Below, one piece after another: positions 8,341 to 17,587 of a DNA stretch of 64,000 nt (the stretch's first letter is position 1; every line of letters begins with the position of its first letter). The notes below the pieces were generated by a model. The model ran no database searches. It was not told the DNA's origin and was given only the letters and a program-made list of their open reading frames with translations. Origin of the DNA: an uncultured Ruthenibacterium sp. (lineage in GTDB: Bacteria; Bacillota; Clostridia; Oscillospirales; Ruminococcaceae). Where the stretch lies: NCBI RefSeq assembly GCF_963558415.1, contig NZ_CAUWGY010000002.1, positions 5,318 to 69,317 on the forward strand. The letters are read 5' to 3'. Made by a program: the position numbers and the translations under genes.

Positions 8341-10869
8341 TTACAATGGATCACGCTTTGTTTTTTTCCATAAAACTTGAGCCGTTAACAGCATCGCCGC
8401 TCCCAACAAGGAAACGACTATGCCCGCCGCCATTCCTGGGACCGCATAACGAAGTTCCACGCTATGAGTTCCTTGTTCCAATTGGACTGCACACAATCCG
8501 TCTGCCAAAGGCGTTATGGACGTGTTTTTTCCATCCACCGTACAACGAAGCGAGGAAGACCAAGGAATACTCATAAGATACAGATGCTCCCCATCGGCTT
8601 CCACCTGCGCACGAAAACGCCCGTTTTCAAGACTTGTCCATTCAATTCCATCCGACGCCGAAGAGGAGAACTGAGCCAACATTTCCGTATTGAATACACA
8701 CATACGAACATCGGTGAGCTCCATCTGATCGTACACCGGACAAACCTCTGCTGTCACTTGGTCGCCTGCTTCATAAGCGCCCAAGCACAAAACGCCCCAA
8801 GAATACCACTGTTCTGGGTTTTTATCCGTTACACTCTCTATCTGAACAGGCTTTGTTTTTTCTCCTGCCCATACAGCGTATACAATCCCATCCTTGGGTA
8901 CCTGCGCGGTAAAAGTTTGCTGTCCCTGCAAAGTTCCCAATGGTCCGGCTACATCCAACTCTTCAAAAAGCGAAACATCCGTTTGACCGCTGATCGCAGC
9001 AAACAGGGCGTTTTGAACATCAAAGAGATCGATGGGCTCCTCATAAGCAGGAATGTGAGCTTCCGCTGCGTATGAATCTGCAAAAAACCCTACAGGCAAC
9101 GCATATGGATTCTCCCAAACCAAAAGATCGGATTCACCTGCCTGTCCGACCAATTGGTAATGCGTTTGCACCCCATCCGCTTGTCCTGCAATCAAATAAC
9201 GTATTCCACACAGAGATTCTCCAAAGGCCGTACCACCGAAACGATACCCATTTACGTCGGAAAATCCCATCGCTCTCAGCCAATCGGTATTGGCGGAATC
9301 CTGTGTAGAACCGAAATGAGAAACACCATGATAACCCAAAAGCATCGGATCATTGTAACTGCGCTGAAATGTTTTTTCCATGCGCGCCCCTTTATCCAAA
9401 GCAGTCACATACGAAACCGCAGCAGATGTTTCATCGTAATAATCCAGATAATCCTGCCGGGGATACTGTTCAAATCGGCTCAGTACATCCGCTGCGTTTG
9501 CTGTCAATTCCAAAACGCATAGCGCTGCACAAACAACCAACGCACCCGCTCGCAAAATGCGCCGACGAGCGCCCAAACACAGCACACAACCAAACCCTAC
9601 GGCGCATAGGAGTGCCCCAACAAAAAACAATGTAGCCGTATACCACTCATTTCTTACAAAGAAACATACGGCCAGAAACGCAAGTCCTATCCCGCCTGCG
9701 CACAAAACGCGCCAAACGGTGAGCAACGGCGCCGCCAAAGCGCGAGCCGCCAAAAGACACATCCAAAAGGAAAATAAAAAGGAATTCCGATATGGGAACC
9801 ACACCGGTGGTTTCAGGCCATGAAACACGAGCATCAAATCCCGGCTGTACATGGAAAGGAATAAAACCACCAAAACAATGCCGGACCCCAACTTTTCCCG
9901 AAAAGGAATCCCCTTGGCCAAAAAATAAATGACTACCAAAACCACTACAAATGTTCCGCAGTACACATTTGGCAGGCCGGCCTCCACATTGCTCCAGTCA
10001 AAGTTGCCTGGCATCAGCCGATAAAAAAATTCACTCGCTTTAAAACTGGCCTCTCCCGTCAAGCCAAAATGTTCGGCCAATCCTTTATTTTGTCCAATGT
10101 CCAGCAAAGCGGGAATCAGCAAAAATGACGGCAAAGCCCCTGCGCACAAGGCTCCAAATCCAAATTGAAGACAACGGACAAATTTTTGTCCCGCATGGAT
10201 ACTGCGTGCAGCACACATCTCCCAAAAGAAGTACAGCACACAAAAAATGCATACCATATAGGCAATGTAAAAATTAGAAAAAATGGCCAAAGCCAAACTA
10301 AGTGCAAACACAAAAGGACGGCCTGTACAGCACAACTTCCAGATTCCATAACAAACCAAGGGCAATAAGAAAACCACGTCATGCCACATGATGTTCTGAG
10401 AATACACAAACACGTAAGCGCAAAAAGCGTAACACAACGCCGGAACAATCGCTCGATGCCGCAGGGACGAAAAACGACGCTCCAGAAAAAAGGCCATCGC
10501 GGTACCGCCCGCAGTTACCTTACAGAGCAACACCAGTGCGGCAAGCTCTGTATAATAACGGGGATCAAACAAAAGATACAGTACATTGAATAAACTAGAA
10601 CAGTAATAGGCCAGAATGCCCATCAGATTTCCGCCCAGGCCTTTTTCAAAACTGTATCCCCAACCAGAAAATCCTTCCAGCAAAGACCGGCGCATATGCG
10701 CAAAATAATTCAAGTACTGGCCGCCCAAATCTCCAGTCACCACTGTATTAGGGCCAAAAGGCCAAACGCCAAGAGCAATATATATAACCACCATCATAGC
10801 CGCACACAACAGTGCGGTTACAACAAGGATCTTTCTTTCGCTCAAAGCCTTTTTACCAATTGCATGCAT
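8341..10869 (-). CDS. YfhO family polytopic membrane protein (GT-C-like extracytoplasmic glycosyltransferase)
   Basis: About 842 aa. The N-terminus (WPFGPNTVVTGDLGGQYLNYFAHMRRSLLEG) is typical of YfhO, followed by over 12 TM helices and a large C-terminal soluble domain with a terminal TM. Start trimmed to Met14 behind AAGGAGAAG. Confidence 0.75.
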   Translation of the reverse strand: MHAIGKKALSERKILVVTALLCAAMMVVIYIALGVWPFGPNTVVTGDLGGQYLNYFAHMRRSLLEGFSGWGYSFEKGLGGNLMGILAYYCSSLFNVLYLLFDPRYYTELAALVLLCKVTAGGTAMAFFLERRFSSLRHRAIVPALCYAFCAYVFVYSQNIMWHDVVFLLPLVCYGIWKLCCTGRPFVFALSLALAIFSNFYIAYMVCIFCVLYFFWEMCAARSIHAGQKFVRCLQFGFGALCAGALPSFLLIPALLDIGQNKGLAEHFGLTGEASFKASEFFYRLMPGNFDWSNVEAGLPNVYCGTFVVVLVVIYFLAKGIPFREKLGSGIVLVVLFLSMYSRDLMLVFHGLKPPVWFPYRNSFLFSFWMCLLAARALAAPLLTVWRVLCAGGIGLAFLAVCFFVRNEWYTATLFFVGALLCAVGFGCVLCLGARRRILRAGALVVCAALCVLELTANAADVLSRFEQYPRQDYLDYYDETSAAVSYVTALDKGARMEKTFQRSYNDPMLLGYHGVSHFGSTQDSANTDWLRAMGFSDVNGYRFGGTAFGESLCGIRYLIAGQADGVQTHYQLVGQAGESDLLVWENPYALPVGFFADSYAAEAHIPAYEEPIDLFDVQNALFAAISGQTDVSLFEELDVAGPLGTLQGQQTFTAQVPKDGIVYAVWAGEKTKPVQIESVTDKNPEQWYSWGVLCLGAYEAGDQVTAEVCPVYDQMELTDVRMCVFNTEMLAQFSSSASDGIEWTSLENGRFRAQVEADGEHLYLMSIPWSSSLRCTVDGKNTSITPLADGLCAVQLEQGTHSVELRYAVPGMAAGIVVSLLGAAMLLTAQVLWKKTKRDPL

Positions 10870-10914
10870 TGCAAAAATCTTCTCCTTACGCCGGCCCCAT
10901 GTACACAACCGATG

Positions 10915-11958
10915 TTACTGCTGTTCCAGACGGCGGCGCATATTATCCAGCTCTTCCAACTGGCCCATATCCATCCAACTCTGTTCGCTCACCGGATATA
11001 CTCCAACGCGCCCGCCATCTTCACGCACCCGATCAATCAAATCGGTGAAAGGCGTAGGTGTATCCGGCTCAATCATGTCAATGACCTGAGGCTCCACCAC
11101 ATATACACCGGTGTTGGTCAAAAAATTCATCTCCGGCTTTTCGCGAATATTTTCAATCGCGCCATCTGCGCCTAGCTCTACCACACCATAAGGAATGGTG
11201 AAATGTTTGACCGCACATACCATTGTGATGGCATTGCCGCCCTCTTTATGGAACTTATAAATGTCTCCGAAATCGGCATCCACCAAAATGTCGCAGTTGG
11301 TCAGGAAAAATGTAGAATCAATATGCCCGCGCAAAAGGCTCAGCCCGCCGCCTGTTCCCAAGGGCTTATCCTCATCGACGTACTCCACTTCGTAGTCTTT
11401 TTCCAAATCGTTGAAGTAGGATTTGATCATATTTTTCTTATAATTGACCACCAGATAAAAATGGCTGCACCCCACATCCGTGAAGCGATGGATAATATGC
11501 TCTGCAATGGGCAATTCTCCCACGGGAATCAGCGGTTTTGGCAAAATCTTCGTATAAGGATACAGGCGGGTACCCAATCCGCCGGCCATCATCACCACTG
11601 GTACATCGGTGCGCTCCGGCGTTTCGATGTCCAATCCATCGGCAAACATTACGTCCTGGATGCGGCCAGCCCGGTCCAAAAGAGGAAGTGCGCCAATGGA
11701 TTCCTCTTTCAAAATCTGACGCGCCCGACTCCGCTGTTCCATGGGCAACGCTTTGGGGTGGTAATTCGCCATTCCACTCACTGGCGCCTCCAGCTTTCCG
11801 CTGGCCAAAATATATCGGCGCACATCGCCATCGGTCAAAGACGCTTGCAACACTCCATTTTCGGCTACAAACAAAACACGCAGACCGGTTTCATCCAATC
11901 TCCGCATAGCATCCAACACACTAATGGAACCGTCGATGAGAATGTCATCCAGTTTCAT
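10915..11958 (-). CDS. CBS-domain sugar-phosphate nucleotidyltransferase (PtmE-like)
   Basis: The N-terminal ~120 aa look like a CBS pair (ISVLDAMRRLDETGLRVLFV..., GALPLLDRAGRIQDV), followed by VVMMAGGLGTRLYPYTKILPKPLIPV (G-x-G-T-R-L NTP-transferase motif). Confidence 0.8.
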   Translation of the reverse strand: MKLDDILIDGSISVLDAMRRLDETGLRVLFVAENGVLQASLTDGDVRRYILASGKLEAPVSGMANYHPKALPMEQRSRARQILKEESIGALPLLDRAGRIQDVMFADGLDIETPERTDVPVVMMAGGLGTRLYPYTKILPKPLIPVGELPIAEHIIHRFTDVGCSHFYLVVNYKKNMIKSYFNDLEKDYEVEYVDEDKPLGTGGGLSLLRGHIDSTFFLTNCDILVDADFGDIYKFHKEGGNAITMVCAVKHFTIPYGVVELGADGAIENIREKPEMNFLTNTGVYVVEPQVIDMIEPDTPTPFTDLIDRVREDGGRVGVYPVSEQSWMDMGQLEELDNMRRRLEQQ

Positions 11959-11981
11959 AAAAAATCCCCCGTGTAATTAAC

Positions 11982-13160
11982 TCAGGCCTCAGACAAATTC
12001 AAAAGCACATCCACCACTCGCTGAGCTTGCTCTTTCGTCAGGTTCGTAGAACATGGCAGATTCACAATGCGATCCAGATAGTGACGCGCCAAATCATCCC
12101 CATAGTGCTCATTGCGCGGATAATCCGCCTGATCCTGGATCAGACCCCAGATGGGACGAGTCTGAATCTTCTCTTGTGCCAAACGGCGAATGATTTCATC
12201 CCGGCGCAGCGGATGCTCATCGTACACATACAAGCTATAAAACCACTTATTGGAACGCACGCCATCCCGGAAAGGCATGATTCCGTAATGTCCTTTTCCG
12301 TTCAACGCTTCAAAATAGAAATCATACATTTCGTTTTTATGTTGGATAAAATCTTCCAACTGCTCCATCTGCGCCAAGCCCAATGCCGCCTGCAGATTGG
12401 TCAGACGATAATTGTATCCCACCTCATCGTGTTTATAATTCAGTTCGTCTGACTTTGCCTGTGTAGACAAATGTTTTGCATGTGCAAGCCACTCCGGATG
12501 ATTGGACACAACCATTCTACCAGATCCAGTGGTAATGATTTTATTGCCATTGAAGCTGTAAACACCAACATCTCCCATCGTGCCGGCGTACTTGCCTTTA
12601 AAAGGACCATCGGTGTAATAGGTTCCCAACGCCTCGGTAGCATCCTCAATCACAATCAAATTGTGATCGTGAGCTACTTTTAACAAGCCCGGCATATTGG
12701 CCATATTACCGAACACATGTACTACTACCATGGCTTTGATGTGAGCACCTGTACGTTTGTTGATGCAACGGCCATCCCGCATCTCTGAATTGGCTTCCAG
12801 ATACTGCTCGACCAAGGTGGGACAAATGCACAAGCTGTCACCGCATCCGATAAAAATCGGCTGTGCGCCTGCGTATCGAATCGGATTTACGGCTGCAATA
12901 AAAGTCAAGGTTGGAGCAATGACTTCATCGCCAGGACCAACGCCTGCCATCATCATAGCCAGATGGAGTCCCGACGTTCCTGAGTTGCATGCACAAGCGC
13001 CGGGCATTCCTACATAATCTGCCACAACCTGTTCGAACTGCGGCACCTTACTTCCGCCAGTAGACACCCACTCGCTGACGACTGCATCGTTCACGTATTC
13101 CTTTTCGCGCCCACCAAAATTTGGAACGGACAAGGGAATAAAATTCGGTTCCATTTTCAT
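11982..13160 (-). CDS. DegT/DnrJ/EryC1/StrS family PLP-dependent sugar aminotransferase (LegC/PglE-like)
   Basis: Motifs SGTSGLHLAMMMAGVGPGDEVI and YSFNGNKIITTGSG (PLP lysine). Start trimmed to MKMEPNF at 13160, giving an ATGA overlap with the upstream gene (13157). Confidence 0.85.
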   Translation of the reverse strand: MKMEPNFIPLSVPNFGGREKEYVNDAVVSEWVSTGGSKVPQFEQVVADYVGMPGACACNSGTSGLHLAMMMAGVGPGDEVIAPTLTFIAAVNPIRYAGAQPIFIGCGDSLCICPTLVEQYLEANSEMRDGRCINKRTGAHIKAMVVVHVFGNMANMPGLLKVAHDHNLIVIEDATEALGTYYTDGPFKGKYAGTMGDVGVYSFNGNKIITTGSGRMVVSNHPEWLAHAKHLSTQAKSDELNYKHDEVGYNYRLTNLQAALGLAQMEQLEDFIQHKNEMYDFYFEALNGKGHYGIMPFRDGVRSNKWFYSLYVYDEHPLRRDEIIRRLAQEKIQTRPIWGLIQDQADYPRNEHYGDDLARHYLDRIVNLPCSTNLTKEQAQRVVDVLLNLSEA

Positions 13161-13816
13161 TTTCCTCCCTTTTGCCGGACGGCGCACTGCAAACGCAGGA
13201 CCAGGGCGGCTGCATATTTCAAAATAACGGCACTCAATGCGGGTACTATCAAAAGGCTCAACATCCATACACGAGTCGGGGCAAACCAGCTCCAAAAACT
13301 ACGCGGTTCGTTGAATGTGATGCTTTCCACGTCAAACCGAAGCCCATAATAGATGCCCGGATCAATGCGCAAGCCATAAATATCTCCATAAGGAAGCGTA
13401 AAAGTATAACTGCCATCCTCTTCCTCATGGGCCCAAACTCGGCAACGAGCATCGAAATCTTCCATGCCCGGCCGCGGTTTATAAAACAGACAAAACTCAC
13501 CTGGTTCCATATTGGTAAAGTCAAATTTTACGGTCACTGTACGCACCGTCTTGGGTGAGTCTTTCATAACCATGCGCGGGTCCACACTGATGCTCACATA
13601 ACTGTCCGGCCCGGTTTGCTCCAAATCCGTCAATTCAAAATCACTCATGGACACTTCCATGGGTTCCAGATTTCCCATCGCACGCTGCACTCGATCTTCA
13701 GCGTAACCCAAAAGCGGCAACACCAAGCTGCCGGCCAAGAATACTGCGTAGCAAAAAGCCAACAGTTTTCGGTCATTTAGGAACAGGGCCGTTATCCATT
13801 GTCTTAATTTTTTCAA
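13157..13816 (-). CDS. Hypothetical bitopic membrane protein (N- and C-terminal TM, ~150-aa external beta-rich domain)
   Basis: 219 aa. TM helices LLAFCYAVFLAGSLVLPLLGY and VWMLSLLIVPALSAVILKYAAALV. 4-nt overlaps on both sides (13813-13816, 13157-13160). Confidence 0.5.
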   Translation of the reverse strand: MKKLRQWITALFLNDRKLLAFCYAVFLAGSLVLPLLGYAEDRVQRAMGNLEPMEVSMSDFELTDLEQTGPDSYVSISVDPRMVMKDSPKTVRTVTVKFDFTNMEPGEFCLFYKPRPGMEDFDARCRVWAHEEEDGSYTFTLPYGDIYGLRIDPGIYYGLRFDVESITFNEPRSFWSWFAPTRVWMLSLLIVPALSAVILKYAAALVLRLQCAVRQKGGK

Positions 13817-15885
13817 TCGCGGTATCCTCCTCCCTCAACTGGCTCAAAACGCATATCCGCACCTGTACCGACAATTCGGTACAACCTTGCTTCGCTTTCA
13901 AGCCCATCGGTAAACAGATCCGCATACGTCTCTATAAATACCTCGTCGATGTCATCCAAATACAATGCCGTGCAGCCAGTGGCCTCAAGATACTGGCACA
14001 GCACATCGGGCGTCAGCGTCTTACCTATAAATGGCTGTCGGTCCTCAACAGGATAATCGGAGGAAAACGCCCCTTCCCGAATTTCAAAATTCGATGACAA
14101 TTGACCGCCGCCAAAACTGTAATCCAACTGCACGTCCGGATAAAACTCATAATAATGAACGAACCAATTCTTTCCGTCGTCACTCTGACTGACGTAAAAT
14201 ACTCGATCCTCCGATGTCAAAAATGTTTTGGCTTGCTCGACCATGGAAATATCTCTCTTGCGTCCGGCAAAATACCCGTCCGAATAATCCACCACCGACA
14301 ACTGCGGCTGCACAAAGCTGGTAACTCTCCAGCCGCAGCCCAACGTCAGCGCCAGCAAAAAGCCCACGCCCACACTGGCTGGTTTCGCACGCTTGAGACT
14401 GCGCAATAAGAATGCAAGCGCAGCAATAAACCAACCGATGTAATAGGGATAAATATACCGGTTGTAGCTGCTCAACGCAGCGGCCTCGGCCTCTTTGAAC
14501 ACATACACATAGGTAAAGCCCGTAAAAATGTAAAACGCAGCAAAGCCCAGCACACTCCACAGTGTAAACCAGCCTACCGCCTTACGGCCCCGCTTATCTT
14601 CGTAAACAAAAGCAACTGCCAGAATCACCAGAATGACCAAGGTAACGATCAAGCCGGAACCATTCAGGTAACGACCCACTGTCCCTTCTTGGGAGCCCAC
14701 GCTGAACATGGTGAGTTTTGTGGAATAAAAGGCCTGGAACATGTTGCCCATTACTTGCACAAACTTCTCGCTTTTGTTCGGGCTGACAAGCTCTACTGCG
14801 CCAGTGACCACCATTTGCACCATACCCATGTTCTGCTCGCCGCCGATTTCAAATCGGTTGGCGCCGGTGACCGCTCCCATATGAGCAGCCCATCCGAAAA
14901 AGGCCGCCACCGGTGCAGCTACCATGGATACGATCCAACACCATTTGGCACGAACACCCCGCAGCCGGGCAAACCGCACCTCGCCTTTTTCCAAAAACAG
15001 GAGATCAAAACAGATCAAAGCCGCCGCAATCAGGCACAAAGCAAACCCCATGTCCTTGGAAATACACTCTACCGTTACACCCATTACCGCACACAGCAAC
15101 ACCATGGGCGACTTCTCTTTTGCCAGGAAATACACCACCAATGGCGCGCCGAACAACAATCCCATGGGAATATCCGCATAGCTGCACATATAAATGGGCG
15201 ATACATTGATATCCCTCTGGTACATCGTCATCAGATAAGGCACCATACACAGCAAAAGTGCTGTTGGGACCGCCAAATTCCAGCGCCGGCGTTCCAGTGT
15301 ATAAATTCCTGCCGCAAAAATAGCAAACATGAGAATGTCATAAGCTGCGAATACTTTCCAAGGTGCAAAAGAAGCGCCCAAAAACTGGAAGGCCTCATCT
15401 AGCATCACAAGGCCCGGCACATAGCTGGTAACCCGCAAACCTTGAGGATTATAAGTGTATAACTGTCCAGTGGACTTGACTACTTTGGGCGCAATTCCCC
15501 AAAAACTAAACTCATCCCACTCCATGAACAGCGGCTGACGAATAGCAAATACGACAATGACCGCAACGCTTGCCACCACAAAAAAAACAGTAGAGGGTGT
15601 AACAAGTTCTTTCCAGTGGATTTCACGACGTTTGCGTATCAGCCACACCAACGCCAGCGCCGCTGAGGCAAACCACAAAATACCTGCCCAAAACAACAGA
15701 TTTACACTGGCTAAAACACTGTACCAAAGAATGGTTGCATACAGCACGAACAGCGGGCTGATGCCCGCCGGAACGTTCCATTTTTTCGTGCAAAAAACAC
15801 ATAGACAAATCAACGCCAAAAAGGTGACCATACACCCGGCACCCTGCAAAAAAGCCTCCAAAAAAGCAACTCTCCTTCTCTTCAA
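13813..15885 (-). CDS. Large polytopic membrane protein of unknown family (GT-C-like topology)
   Basis: 690 aa. About 13 predicted TM helices over the first ~520 aa, then a ~170-aa soluble C-terminal domain. The start codon is uncertain (TTG at 15885 or ATG at 15831). Confidence 0.55.
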   Translation of the reverse strand: MKRRRVAFLEAFLQGAGCMVTFLALICLCVFCTKKWNVPAGISPLFVLYATILWYSVLASVNLLFWAGILWFASAALALVWLIRKRREIHWKELVTPSTVFFVVASVAVIVVFAIRQPLFMEWDEFSFWGIAPKVVKSTGQLYTYNPQGLRVTSYVPGLVMLDEAFQFLGASFAPWKVFAAYDILMFAIFAAGIYTLERRRWNLAVPTALLLCMVPYLMTMYQRDINVSPIYMCSYADIPMGLLFGAPLVVYFLAKEKSPMVLLCAVMGVTVECISKDMGFALCLIAAALICFDLLFLEKGEVRFARLRGVRAKWCWIVSMVAAPVAAFFGWAAHMGAVTGANRFEIGGEQNMGMVQMVVTGAVELVSPNKSEKFVQVMGNMFQAFYSTKLTMFSVGSQEGTVGRYLNGSGLIVTLVILVILAVAFVYEDKRGRKAVGWFTLWSVLGFAAFYIFTGFTYVYVFKEAEAAALSSYNRYIYPYYIGWFIAALAFLLRSLKRAKPASVGVGFLLALTLGCGWRVTSFVQPQLSVVDYSDGYFAGRKRDISMVEQAKTFLTSEDRVFYVSQSDDGKNWFVHYYEFYPDVQLDYSFGGGQLSSNFEIREGAFSSDYPVEDRQPFIGKTLTPDVLCQYLEATGCTALYLDDIDEVFIETYADLFTDGLESEARLYRIVGTGADMRFEPVEGGGYRD

Positions 15886-15891
15886 TGCCCA

Positions 15892-17553
15892 TCAAGGCAC
15901 AATGCACACCGGGCCGATGAAATAATGCTGCGCCAAAAGCACCGCGCTGAAAACAGCAAAAAAAGCGCACACTCCAAGCCCCAGGTGAAAAGCCTTTTTC
16001 CCACCGGCACGGGTCGTTTCGAACACATGACTCAAAAGCGCTGCTAGCAATATAAACAACATCAGGAATGCAGGCAACAAATAGCGGGCCTGTACCCCCA
16101 ACACGCGCACCATAGCCACAGGCGTATAAGTGATATACTGTGCAGCCAGCACGCCGCCGGTGTACAATACCGCCAAACCAAACAGTCCCAGAGACGGACA
16201 CAACGTCAAACTACTTTTTTCGTGAACGGAAAGAGCCGATGCAAAAGCCAACACCACAGGTGACAACATAGAAATAATTCCAATGTTGAGATCCATTGCG
16301 CCAAAACTGCCCAAAAGTCCCAAAAACAAGTTGTTTTCATACAGCGTTCCCAAAAAGACCATAGCCGTACGAGGCAGATTGTGCAGCACAAAGCGCAATT
16401 GTTCACCCATATTTACGCTTTCGCCCAACATACGTACTTCTTCATAATTCACACGGAATGCCTGCCCGTACCATTCCACACCGATGGTCACCAGCACAGC
16501 ACATACAAGCACCGCTGCGGCCACCTGCCATTTTTTCCATCGTGCTTTCCACACGTGCGCGGGCAAAATCAGCGGAATGACCACCCACAAAAGATTGATC
16601 CACGGCTTCACCGCATTCATCAAAACAAAAGCCGTCAAAAATACCGCCAAATCTTTGTTTCGAATCTCGTCCACACAAAAATAACTGGCCGTCAAATAAT
16701 AGCATCCCAGCATCAATGCATCGTAGTTACAGGATGCACCAATGTACAGGCTCAACGGCAATAACATTACCGCCAAGAACACCGGTTTATACCTTCTGCA
16801 GTTTCGCAGTGCCAACCAACACAAAAATGCATAAATCGCCAAATTGGCCAAACGACCTGCATAAAAACAGCCCAGCGCCCCAAAACCGATCATTCGTGCC
16901 AGCAGCATTGCCAACGCCTGGGGCAAATACGGCAACACTTGCTTGATCTGCGACTCTTTGACCACCGGAGCTCCGCCTTCGGTCTTCATTTGCTCATATC
17001 GCGCAAAATGATCCGCCAGGCTCACGGTTTGCCCATTTTGCTGCTTGATCGCATAGTTCTCACTGGACCCGCCACCGTTCACGTTACCCGAAGCGTCGTA
17101 CTCCAGCCAATAAGTGGTGTTTCCGTTGGTCCACGCACCAGGGAAGGCCGCCAAAAGCGCATCCACATCGGAACTGAACGTTCTCTCGCCGTCGAAATTC
17201 AAACGGCCCAAACTTACAGCATAAGCCCTCAGAAAATGCTCGCTCTCATCCGGTGCCTGCATAGGCGGATTGGCAAAGCAAAAACACAATCCGCACAAAA
17301 ACACCGCCAACGCAGCCCGTGCGTCAAAATTTTTAACAAATCGGATTACCAGCCACGCCGCCAGCACCACCGCCAGCGCCCCGGCGCACACGACCAAAGT
17401 CATGGGGAGGGGCGCCACCGCGTTGAACCCATAAAAAACTCGCCAATAATACACCACGCCAATGCCGCAAAGGACAGCAGCCAGCGCTGCCAAACACCAT
17501 CCCAATGCTCCATTCAGGCGCAGTTTATTCGGTTTCGCACCGTTTTGTCTCAT
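15892..17553 (-). CDS. DUF2142-like polytopic membrane protein (GT-C-like)
   Basis: 553 aa. The first external loop carries PPMQAPDESEHFLRAYAV, which I recall as the DUF2142 hallmark, followed by about 11 further TM helices. RBS GGAG. Confidence 0.55.
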   Translation of the reverse strand: MRQNGAKPNKLRLNGALGWCLAALAAVLCGIGVVYYWRVFYGFNAVAPLPMTLVVCAGALAVVLAAWLVIRFVKNFDARAALAVFLCGLCFCFANPPMQAPDESEHFLRAYAVSLGRLNFDGERTFSSDVDALLAAFPGAWTNGNTTYWLEYDASGNVNGGGSSENYAIKQQNGQTVSLADHFARYEQMKTEGGAPVVKESQIKQVLPYLPQALAMLLARMIGFGALGCFYAGRLANLAIYAFLCWLALRNCRRYKPVFLAVMLLPLSLYIGASCNYDALMLGCYYLTASYFCVDEIRNKDLAVFLTAFVLMNAVKPWINLLWVVIPLILPAHVWKARWKKWQVAAAVLVCAVLVTIGVEWYGQAFRVNYEEVRMLGESVNMGEQLRFVLHNLPRTAMVFLGTLYENNLFLGLLGSFGAMDLNIGIISMLSPVVLAFASALSVHEKSSLTLCPSLGLFGLAVLYTGGVLAAQYITYTPVAMVRVLGVQARYLLPAFLMLFILLAALLSHVFETTRAGGKKAFHLGLGVCAFFAVFSAVLLAQHYFIGPVCIVP

Positions 17554-17587
17554 CTAAATCTCCAAATAGTATTTATTTTGTTAATAA

